Positions 9,618 to 17,749 of a stretch of DNA of 51,408 bases are shown piece by piece. The DNA comes from an uncultured bacterium (GTDB lineage: Bacteria > Patescibacteriota > Minisyncoccia > Moranbacterales > GWC2-37-73). Position 1 is the stretch's first letter, and every line of letters begins with the position of its first letter. The stretch is from NCBI GenBank assembly GCA_903851135.1, contig CAINNK010000046.1, positions 1-51,408 on the forward strand. The letters are read 5' to 3'. The notes beneath the pieces were generated by a model. That model had not been told where the DNA came from. It did not search any database and was given only the letters and a program-made list of their open reading frames with translations. The position numbers were made by a program, and so were the translations under genes.

Positions 9618-10736
9618 ATGAAACGTATTTTATTAATCACCCGTCCGATTGCTCCACCGTGGGATGAAGCTTCAAAAAATTTCGCTTTTTATCTCGCTAA
9701 AAGCGTAGAAAATTTTGAATTTAGCGTACTGACTCCCGGCGTTGTCAATAGCCTGCCCCTGAAAATCAAGCAGCTTCCGATTTTTTCCAGCAATCATCCT
9801 AATTTGCGGTTAAATCAACAAGCCAAACTGTTAAAACTAATACCTTTGATTGGAAAATTTGATATCGCCCATTTCATGCTGACTCCCAACAAACTTAATG
9901 CTTTTGGTTTTAAGACATTCCTAACAAGACGCCAGACAAAATCCGTCCAGACCGTGGCAACTTTGCGTGAAGATCTTTTCTCTGACAAAGATTTCAAAAA
10001 AATTATTTTCGCCGACCTGGTTATTACCTATTCCGATTACGCCAAAAATAAACTCACAAAACTTGGTTTCAAAAACGTCCAAAGAATCTATCCCGGCATT
10101 GATGTCCAACTATATAGCCCTGCCCCGAAAAATCTTTCAACTTTAGCCCTCTTCAAAATCAAACAGGACGATTTTGTAGTTTCCTATCAAGGTGAATACA
10201 CTCGCCTAGGCGCCACCGATACCATCGTGGCAAGTTTGCCGCAGCTTTTCAAGGAAATTCCCAACGCCAAATTCATTTTTGCCAACCGCATTAAAAACGA
10301 AAAAGACGCCGTCAAAAAAGCTCAAGTTATTGAAACCCTTAAGGCAGCTGAAATTTTAGACAAAGTTATTTTCACCGACACTTTTTCCGACATGCCAAAA
10401 ATATATAATCTTTCCGATGTAGTCATTTTTCCTGCCCAAAATATGTATGGAAAATTTGATGTTCCCTTGGTTGTCATTGAAGCGATGGCATGTGCCAAGC
10501 CGGTTGTCATTTCAAATTTGCCAATTTTGCAAGAATTTTCTTCCAATAAAAATTCAATCTCTATTGATCCAACCAGCCAGACCCAATTAGTCAAAGCGAT
10601 TGTTGATTTGTCTCAAGACAAAGAAAAATGCACCAAACTCGGCAAAGCTGCTCGACAATATGTAACAGAAAATTTTGACATCAAGACAGTTGCCAAACAA
10701 TATGAAAGGGCTTACAGGGATTTATTGTCAATCTAA
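9618..10736 (+). CDS. Glycosyltransferase family 4
   Basis: IYPGID, DVVIFP, PLVVIEAMACAKPVV. The first Glu of EX7E appears replaced (GKFDVPLVVIE). Confidence 0.88.
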   Translation: MKRILLITRPIAPPWDEASKNFAFYLAKSVENFEFSVLTPGVVNSLPLKIKQLPIFSSNHPNLRLNQQAKLLKLIPLIGKFDIAHFMLTPNKLNAFGFKTFLTRRQTKSVQTVATLREDLFSDKDFKKIIFADLVITYSDYAKNKLTKLGFKNVQRIYPGIDVQLYSPAPKNLSTLALFKIKQDDFVVSYQGEYTRLGATDTIVASLPQLFKEIPNAKFIFANRIKNEKDAVKKAQVIETLKAAEILDKVIFTDTFSDMPKIYNLSDVVIFPAQNMYGKFDVPLVVIEAMACAKPVVISNLPILQEFSSNKNSISIDPTSQTQLVKAIVDLSQDKEKCTKLGKAARQYVTENFDIKTVAKQYERAYRDLLSI

Positions 10737-10763
10737 ATTGGATTTTTAAAAAAGCAACTCGAA

Positions 10764-10876
10764 ATTTTTACGAACTTATATTCTTTTTTGGCCATACGAG
10801 CGACAGTGAGTCAGAGCGCTTAGCCATAGTCTTGAGCTAAGCGCGTGCTCAAAAAAGGATATGAGTTCGTAAAAAT
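10764..10876 (+). repeat. Palindromic element family B (full copy, forward)
   Basis: 27-bp terminal inverted arms atttttacgaacttatattcttttttg / caaaaaaggatatgagttcgtaaaaat around a core containing gagcgacagtgag..gagcg. Confidence 0.85.
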
Positions 10877-10959
10877 GTTTCCAAGAAATAGGCAAAATTT
10901 TCAAAAATACAAATGACGCATAAGTCCTAACAATAACAATTAAAATTTATTCAACCAAT

Positions 10960-12456
10960 ATGTCCTATCAAATAAATTCGCTTTCTCAAAACAAAAAAGA
11001 ACTTAAGACGGAAAAAATGAAAGTTCCGACGATTTTGCATGGCAGCGACGAACTTTTGCCAAACGAAGAAACCCTCGCTAAACTAGAAGACATTGCCAGC
11101 GACGAAAGACTTTTCCATCACGTGGCTTCCATGAGCGACGTGCATTCCAAAAAAGGTCGCAAAACTCCGACCGGCAGCGTCATTGCCACCCGCAATGATT
11201 TTCTGCCCCAAGTCAACGACACCGCTCCCAATTGCGGCATGCGACTGATTAAAACTGATTTAAACCAGGAAAATGCTAGTCCGGAGCAATTGGAAAAACT
11301 TTTTCAAGAGCTGGTTGAAGTGATTCCGACCAAAAAATATATCGGCACCGCCATCCCCTTCCGCTTGGCACTCGACGTTTGCAAACAAGGTATTGCCCCG
11401 CTGCGAAAACATCTTGACTCCCGTACTGAAAACGAAATTTCCAATGCTTTTGCCGAGGGGAATTTTTTCCGCGACGAAAAAGTCAGCGACCAAGACATTC
11501 TCAATGCCGTGCCGCGTCTATTTTTTCACATTGGCAAATATCGCCTGGGAATTCTCGGTGCCGCTGGCAATCACTTTTTGGATTTGATGAAAATCACCGA
11601 CATCAAAAATTCTCCTATCGCTGAAAAATTTGGTCTCAAGGAAGGCCAATATGTTTTCCTGATGCACACCGGTTCGGGCCTGTTTGGCCAATATGCCTCG
11701 TATATGTATACACCCAAGAAAAAAGAACATCTAAGTCAACAAATTATCTTGAAACTCGGCACCACTTTTTTTTCAAGTCATCTTAAAAATGTTTACGCCA
11801 AGATTGCCAAGGAAATTGAGAAATATAAAAACAGCAACGACTTTATTGGCTACAAAACTGACAGCGCTGAAGGCCAAATGTTTTTCACGGCGCACAAAGC
11901 CAGTGCCAATTTTGGTTTTGCCAATCGAACAGTGCTCAACCATCATCTTGATCAAGCCTTGGAAAAAACTTTTGGTCGCCAAGTGAAACTGGAAATGCTC
12001 TATGATACCACCCATATCTCCATCGAACAGGAAAATCATTATGGAAGTGACGTCTGGGTGCACAGAAACGGCTCTGTGCGTGCCAATGGGCCTGAGCGGA
12101 TGTCAGAGCACCCCCTCTTTTCCCAGACCGGGGAGCCCGTTTTTATCCCTTCTTCCATGAGCACCCCGGCCTACATCGCCGTGGGCACCAATGAAAACCA
12201 ATCTTCTTTCTTCTCTGCCCCGCACGGGACTGGACGCCGTGCCAAAATCTCCGAGGAAACTGCCAAAGACAAAGATCAGCTTTTCAAAAAGATGGATGCA
12301 AGCCATGTCAAATTATACAACGCCAAATCTGAAGGCGTCATCATGCAAGACAGCGCTTACTACAAAGATATCGACGAAGTGATTTCCGGCATGGAAGAAA
12401 ACAAGATGGTCAACGTGGTGGCCAAGATGCAGCCAGTGGCAGTGCTGATGTACTAA
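10960..12456 (+). CDS. rtcB: Divergent RtcB-family (RNA ligase-like) protein
   Basis: Ordered RtcB motifs: SDVH, NCGMRL, LG..GNHFLD, MHTGS, YDTTH, VHRNGSVRA, IPSSMS, SAPHGTGR, YKDIDEV. Several canonical residues are substituted. Confidence 0.88.
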   Translation: MSYQINSLSQNKKELKTEKMKVPTILHGSDELLPNEETLAKLEDIASDERLFHHVASMSDVHSKKGRKTPTGSVIATRNDFLPQVNDTAPNCGMRLIKTDLNQENASPEQLEKLFQELVEVIPTKKYIGTAIPFRLALDVCKQGIAPLRKHLDSRTENEISNAFAEGNFFRDEKVSDQDILNAVPRLFFHIGKYRLGILGAAGNHFLDLMKITDIKNSPIAEKFGLKEGQYVFLMHTGSGLFGQYASYMYTPKKKEHLSQQIILKLGTTFFSSHLKNVYAKIAKEIEKYKNSNDFIGYKTDSAEGQMFFTAHKASANFGFANRTVLNHHLDQALEKTFGRQVKLEMLYDTTHISIEQENHYGSDVWVHRNGSVRANGPERMSEHPLFSQTGEPVFIPSSMSTPAYIAVGTNENQSSFFSAPHGTGRRAKISEETAKDKDQLFKKMDASHVKLYNAKSEGVIMQDSAYYKDIDEVISGMEENKMVNVVAKMQPVAVLMY

Positions 12457-12474
12457 GAAAAAATTTTAAAGGCT

Positions 12475-12577
12475 AAATTTAAAATTTTAAATAAATGTTT
12501 AAATTTAAATTACTAAATGTTTTAAAATTTAGTCATTTCGATTTCATTTCAAATTTAAAATTAAAAAATTAAAATTA
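12475..12577. repeat. AT-rich imperfect palindromic heptamer element (family D)
   Basis: aaatttaaaattttaaat...ttcaaatttaaaattaaaaaattaaaatt. A near-identical right arm occurs at 47232-47266. Confidence 0.65.
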
Positions 12578-13192
12578 ATGCGCATCATCTCAATCTCCGG
12601 CCTTGATGGCTCCGGAAAATCAACTCAAATAAAATTATTGCAGCAGCATTTGGAAGCTCAAGGGGGGAAAGTTTTTTATTTTCACGCTGGTCAATTTAGC
12701 ATCAGCAAGACCTATAATATCCTGCGGCCTCACAAAGTCATCACAAAAACACACAAAGAAAGTGTCACCAAGGCAAACTGGCTGCAAATTCAGCTTCGCA
12801 AAATCGCCTTATTTATTGACCTTCTGCGATTCAAAAAATTACTAAGAAAATTAGAAAAGTCAGGTTATGACTGTTTATTATCCGACCGCTATTTTTATGA
12901 CAGTTTAATAAATATCAATTATCTTGAATCAAAAAATCATCAACCTAAAAGCTATCAGCTAAAAGCTAAAAGCTGCGCAAGCATTCCCTCTCCCGATTTC
13001 GCCTTCTTCCTCAACGCCAACCCTGCCAAAATCATGCAGCGCCCTCGCCCAGCCGATCAAGGCCGCGACTATCTTATGTCCAAACAAAAAATCCTGGTTG
13101 AGTTTGCAAAAAATAATGATTTGCTTGAAATTGACGGAAACAAAACTGAGCAAGAAGTGTTTGGGGAAATTCTCAAAGTAATCAGTAACTAG
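12578..13192 (+). CDS. Thymidylate kinase-like P-loop kinase
   Basis: SGLDGSGKSTQ P-loop, SDRYFYD, PSPDFAFFL. Lacks the canonical TREPG motif of housekeeping Tmk. Confidence 0.82.
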   Translation: MRIISISGLDGSGKSTQIKLLQQHLEAQGGKVFYFHAGQFSISKTYNILRPHKVITKTHKESVTKANWLQIQLRKIALFIDLLRFKKLLRKLEKSGYDCLLSDRYFYDSLININYLESKNHQPKSYQLKAKSCASIPSPDFAFFLNANPAKIMQRPRPADQGRDYLMSKQKILVEFAKNNDLLEIDGNKTEQEVFGEILKVISN

Positions 13193-13220
13193 TAATCAGT
13201 AACTAGTTACTAGTGAAGAC

Positions 13221-13245
13221 TTTCCGAAGGTTGAACCTTCGGAAA
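13221..13245. repeat. Perfect short palindrome (REP-like)
   Basis: tttccgaaggtt-g-aaccttcggaaa, a 12-bp perfect inverted repeat. Confidence 0.85.
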
Positions 13246-13321
13246 TCGGAAACATTAAAGTCGGCCCACACCCATAAATTAATATATGGGTCTAAGAAAA
13301 TAACAAGTAGCGAAAAAGCAT

Positions 13322-14791
13322 ATGAGTATGGAAGACAATTTTTTGAAATCGCAGACGCAGGCTGCAAATATCCCGAAGAAAAAACCGGTGGAAGAATTGC
13401 CAATGGAAAAGTCGCAAGAGGAAGTGGAGCAATCCCCTGCTGAAAATTCAGGGCCGAAGATTGAACCTGTCAAAAATCGCCTGGCTCAAGAGCGCAGAAA
13501 GCAAACAATTGAAATTGAATTTGATGGCATCAAAATTCCCCTCGAGACTGAGTCATATGATTTTGAATATCCTAAACACATTCAAGAAGAAACGGGGATT
13601 TTGGGATATGAGAGGACGAAGATTTCAAATGATGCAATTTTTGATGCACTCAAAGCCTCCAAAAAGAAAACTCGCAGTATAGATTTTACAATAAGTAACA
13701 ATATTGAAAAGATTAAAAAGAAAAAAAGGGTGCGAATAGATTATAAAACCGAAAATGCACGGGTTATTGGTGGTAGCATACTTATGGAATTGTCGAATGG
13801 TGAATATCCGAGATTTTGTTACAATCATAAAATGAACGCGTCCATACATAGCAGTAAACAGGAAAGCGCTCAGTCAAATGCATTCATGGAAGATAAATTT
13901 TTTGTGCAAAGAATGTATGGTCTTAATAGAACAGAAAAGCATCTTGAAAACTTTCAAAAAAAAGAGATCTATAATAATCCAGCATATGCGGAGGAGAGGG
14001 ACAGAAAAAAGATATTCTGCGCATTTGATAAAAAAACAGGGGCAATCTTGGAAGATGAACTTTACCCTGGTGACATTCCCGAGGTGCTACAGAAAAATCC
14101 TGAGGCGTTCATTGCGCCACAACGGGATGGAATAAATCTATTGGTCTCAAATTTCTTCAATGGCCTGAAAATAGATTCAACCTCATTCGGATTTCCAATG
14201 AAGCTTGAGTCGCACATGAAAGATTATATGGGACAATGCCTCCATTTCTATTCAAATAAAAAGAATGGTATTAAGCCAGAGATTGCATCCACTATATTTG
14301 GAGGGCATTTAGAGAACTCTCTTCTTATGCTGTCTCTTGATGAGATACTACGAGATGAAGAGTTGCTTGCTAAAATGTTAGCCATGATAAATAAATATCC
14401 CGAATCTCCTGATCCTGATAAGGCTAAGACGGCACTTATTTGTAAGATTTTTGAAAAAATATGCATAAAATACGAATTGAAAATTGATTCGCTAGTAAGT
14501 GAATATACATGGAGAGATAAATTTGTGAGCCGAGATAGAAATATTCAAGAATCTTTGATAGCTCATGTAGCACTTGCATTGGATATTATTGGTGATCCTG
14601 AATCTTACTCGATTCAAGGGGATGGGGATCATGCGTATCTTCCAGTTTTTATCAATCACGACGAAATTCCGCAACTCGCTTGGGGTCATGCGAAATACGC
14701 ACATTATTCCAACGAAAAAAGTTTCAATTTTTTCAAATTCAAACACGCGGAGCATTTACCAGAGCCACAAAAAGTGAAACACGAAGAATGA
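13322..14791 (+). CDS. Hypothetical protein, 489 aa
   Basis: Long ORF with a charged low-complexity N-terminus and no recognisable family motif. Codon style looks different from its neighbours. Confidence 0.75.
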   Translation: MSMEDNFLKSQTQAANIPKKKPVEELPMEKSQEEVEQSPAENSGPKIEPVKNRLAQERRKQTIEIEFDGIKIPLETESYDFEYPKHIQEETGILGYERTKISNDAIFDALKASKKKTRSIDFTISNNIEKIKKKKRVRIDYKTENARVIGGSILMELSNGEYPRFCYNHKMNASIHSSKQESAQSNAFMEDKFFVQRMYGLNRTEKHLENFQKKEIYNNPAYAEERDRKKIFCAFDKKTGAILEDELYPGDIPEVLQKNPEAFIAPQRDGINLLVSNFFNGLKIDSTSFGFPMKLESHMKDYMGQCLHFYSNKKNGIKPEIASTIFGGHLENSLLMLSLDEILRDEELLAKMLAMINKYPESPDPDKAKTALICKIFEKICIKYELKIDSLVSEYTWRDKFVSRDRNIQESLIAHVALALDIIGDPESYSIQGDGDHAYLPVFINHDEIPQLAWGHAKYAHYSNEKSFNFFKFKHAEHLPEPQKVKHEE

Positions 14792-14816
14792 AATTTAATA
14801 ATCATTAATATTTGAT

Positions 14817-14920
14817 TTTCCTCCTTTAGAAAAGGAGGATTAAGGTGGATTTGAAAAACTTAATAAACAAAGAAAGTTTTCCAATCCCTCCCAACCTCCC
14901 TTTTCCAAAGGGAGGAGAAA
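14817..14920. repeat. Inverted pair of REP-like hairpins
   Basis: cctcctttagaaaaggaggattaaggtggatt ... aatccctcccaacctcccttttccaaagggagg. Each half is a hairpin and the halves are mutually inverted. Confidence 0.75.
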
Positions 14921-14939
14921 AATCTTTTTTAAAATATTT

Positions 14940-16484
14940 ATGTCCTCCAATAATCTTGCAAAATCAACTGTCTGGCTCATTGTCTCGGAATTGATTTTTA
15001 ACCTTTCGGGTTATTTCATTCATTCTTTCGTTGGCCGCATCCTTGGGCCGGCTGATTATGGCCGCTACGGTTTGGTCGTGACGCTCACCACGATGGTCAT
15101 CATCTTGATTGGCAACGGCATCCCGACCGCCATGAGCAAATACATGAGCGAAGTGTTTGAAACCAATCCGAGCCTTATTCCTGTCATCAAACGCCAAGCT
15201 ATCATCATGCAAGGCATTTTAATTGCCGGCGTAACAGTAATTTTCTATTTCTGCGCACCATTGATCGCCAATGTTTTAGGTGATCCTTCCTTAACCTATC
15301 TTTTCAAAATTTCCGCCTGGATTATTCCTTCTTTTGCTTTGGCTTCATTTTATTTTTCCTACTACACGGGTCTGCATCAATTCAATTTGCAGTCCATCAT
15401 GAAAACCGTGCGTTCTGTTTTCAAGGTTGTCATCATTGTGGGCATGGCCTGGAAATGGGGTGTGCCTGGCTCAGTGCTGGGCTATGCTTTTTCAACCTTT
15501 GCCGTTTATTTCATTGCCGTGACCATTGATAAGTTGAAATTTTCTCGAGATTTGAAAAAACAAATCGCTCTTCAACAACAAGCATCCACCAAACCGATTG
15601 ACGTTTCATTTGATTACAAAAAACTTCTCAACTATGCTTGGCAAGTCATCATTTTCTTTTTGGCCTATGAACTCCTCATTAGTATCGACCTTTATCTCGT
15701 CAAAGGCATTTTGCATGATGATTATCTAACCGGAATCTATAACGCCGCCCTGACAGTTGGGCGCATTCCCTACTATATTTTCTACGCGCTAACCATCATG
15801 TTGCTGCCAGTCATTTCCAAAACCACCGCCGAAAAAGATCACAAACAGACCAATGCGGTCATCAGTCAATCACTGCGCCTCATGACAATCCTGCTGATTC
15901 CTGCCGTAATTTTGATGTCACAATTTTCGCGTCCCATCATTAAACTTTTTTACAGCGCTAAATACTTAGATGCTGCCTATCCAATGTCAATCTTAGCCTA
16001 TGGCGTGGGCTTTTTGACCATCTTTTATGTCATGAGTTTTGTGCTTAATGGCGCTGGCAAAACCAAAATCCCAATGTGGATTTCAATTTTCGGAGTGATT
16101 GTCAATTCAATTCTAAATTATGTTTTCATCAAACGCTATGGCCTAGCTGGCAGCGCCATCGCCACCACCATCACCTCTTTTGCCACGATGCTGGCAATTC
16201 TCTATTATATTCAACGTGATTTCGGCGTGATGATTCATTTGAAAAGTCTGGTCAAAATGTTTTTTGCCGGAGTTTTGATGTATCTGGCTTCATTCTTTTT
16301 TAGTCAAGGCACTTTCATTTTTCTTGCTTGGTCAATCCTCCTTTTTGCAGGATATCTAGCAGTCCTTTATTTGCTAGGTGAAATCAATAAAGCCGATTTG
16401 ATTTATCTAAAACAAATCACTGCTAAAAAATCTAAGAAAGTCCAAATGCAAGAAGAACTTTCCGGCAACGAACCAGTCGCCTAA
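14940..16484 (+). CDS. Polysaccharide/oligosaccharide flippase (MOP superfamily, Wzx-like)
   Basis: GRILGPADYGRYG, about 14 TMs, GIYNAA, GAGKTKIPM, YGLAGSAIAT. Confidence 0.9.
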   Translation: MSSNNLAKSTVWLIVSELIFNLSGYFIHSFVGRILGPADYGRYGLVVTLTTMVIILIGNGIPTAMSKYMSEVFETNPSLIPVIKRQAIIMQGILIAGVTVIFYFCAPLIANVLGDPSLTYLFKISAWIIPSFALASFYFSYYTGLHQFNLQSIMKTVRSVFKVVIIVGMAWKWGVPGSVLGYAFSTFAVYFIAVTIDKLKFSRDLKKQIALQQQASTKPIDVSFDYKKLLNYAWQVIIFFLAYELLISIDLYLVKGILHDDYLTGIYNAALTVGRIPYYIFYALTIMLLPVISKTTAEKDHKQTNAVISQSLRLMTILLIPAVILMSQFSRPIIKLFYSAKYLDAAYPMSILAYGVGFLTIFYVMSFVLNGAGKTKIPMWISIFGVIVNSILNYVFIKRYGLAGSAIATTITSFATMLAILYYIQRDFGVMIHLKSLVKMFFAGVLMYLASFFFSQGTFIFLAWSILLFAGYLAVLYLLGEINKADLIYLKQITAKKSKKVQMQEELSGNEPVA

Positions 16485-16489
16485 ATAAA

Positions 16490-17743
16490 TCATTTTGCAT
16501 AAAGATAAAAGAAATCTTTTTCATAACCATTGAGATATTGCTTCGAACCATCAGCCAAATCCTTTGTCAGGGTTGTGGAATTATATTTACCGTTGCCGAC
16601 ATAGTCGAACAAATTAAACCTTACCCAAATAGGATTGATATCCAATTGAATGGCACTAACCGCGCCGGCTGTTTTCAGGGCTGAGGCCAAAGTCACTGGG
16701 GTCAGATTATTGCCAACCGCAAAAAGTAGATTGCCCTCCTTGGTTAGGCCAATGCCAGATCGCCAAGTGTAAATATCCACCGTGCCGGCCGCAAGTCGTC
16801 CCCAAAGTTTTTTATTGCGTTGATCACCAACGGCCAAATCGCCATTATCAATCAAGATCGGACAATTTTGCCGAACAAATTCAACATTATCCCCCAACTG
16901 CTGACCAGTATAATTTACTATCCTCAAAGACCCATCTTTATAGCCAACCAAGGTTCCTAAATCATTTTTAAGTGGCAAATACGTGTTATCGCCCACAATC
17001 ATACCGTAGGCACCATCTTTATATTGAAAACCACCATCGAAAGCAGCGATCAATTTTCCACCGCTAATAATATCCTTAGGTACAACGCCAGGTCCAGGTT
17101 TTCCAACCGGACCACCAGGTTGTTTAGTGCCAGCCACGCTGCCCAGCCTCATCACGCTTTTATCAATTTGCACGATAGTTGTAATAGCATAAGACCTGGC
17201 CGGATCAGGACGAACAAAAGTATGTGCCATAACCTCCCTATTTGGGAAGGCTCCAATAGGCAAATTTTTCCACTCACCTTCGCCAGCAAGTGGCTGAGGA
17301 TCTCCAACTGTTGAAAGTGAATTCAAGTTAAGTTTACCACCCATGATATTGGTTCCGAGACCGTTATCATTGAAGACTGGGGCCTTGTCGGAGTTACTAT
17401 TATGGGTCACGCGCTGGGCCAAATCAGAAGCGTTAAAGAATATTTTCTCCAAATAAACAATTCGATTGTCTCCAATCAATGGACGCAAAACATTATCAGT
17501 CAAATAAGCTGCCCCAGCAGTATCCAACTTAATGAAAAGTATTATGCCGAGCAAAAAAAGACCACAGAAAAAAAATACGAGCTTAAAATTGCCATAAACT
17601 CTGGATTTTTTGGGAACTTTAATTTCTTTAAAGCTTATTGGCTGCTTATCAGTATCTACTTGTTTCAAAGCTCTAAGTTTCTCATTATGCTCTTGAATAT
17701 GCTTTATTTTTGGCGATTTTATTTTTTGTCTAATAATGTCCAT
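16490..17743 (-). CDS. Phosphodiester glycosidase family protein (NAGPA/DUF2233-like), membrane anchored
   Basis: N-terminal TM, AAFDGGF, TWRSGIGLT, and GAVSAIQLDIN (NAGPA-like AxNLDGG variant). Confidence 0.7.
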   Translation of the reverse strand: MDIIRQKIKSPKIKHIQEHNEKLRALKQVDTDKQPISFKEIKVPKKSRVYGNFKLVFFFCGLFLLGIILFIKLDTAGAAYLTDNVLRPLIGDNRIVYLEKIFFNASDLAQRVTHNSNSDKAPVFNDNGLGTNIMGGKLNLNSLSTVGDPQPLAGEGEWKNLPIGAFPNREVMAHTFVRPDPARSYAITTIVQIDKSVMRLGSVAGTKQPGGPVGKPGPGVVPKDIISGGKLIAAFDGGFQYKDGAYGMIVGDNTYLPLKNDLGTLVGYKDGSLRIVNYTGQQLGDNVEFVRQNCPILIDNGDLAVGDQRNKKLWGRLAAGTVDIYTWRSGIGLTKEGNLLFAVGNNLTPVTLASALKTAGAVSAIQLDINPIWVRFNLFDYVGNGKYNSTTLTKDLADGSKQYLNGYEKDFFYLYAK

Positions 17744-17749
17744 ATGCTT

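Noticed and set aside
10960-12456. Standard Rtc RNA-repair operon
   Set aside because: No rtcA, rtcR, archease, Ro/Y-RNA or prfH neighbours, and several canonical residues are substituted. RNA ligase activity is not excluded, only unsupported by context.
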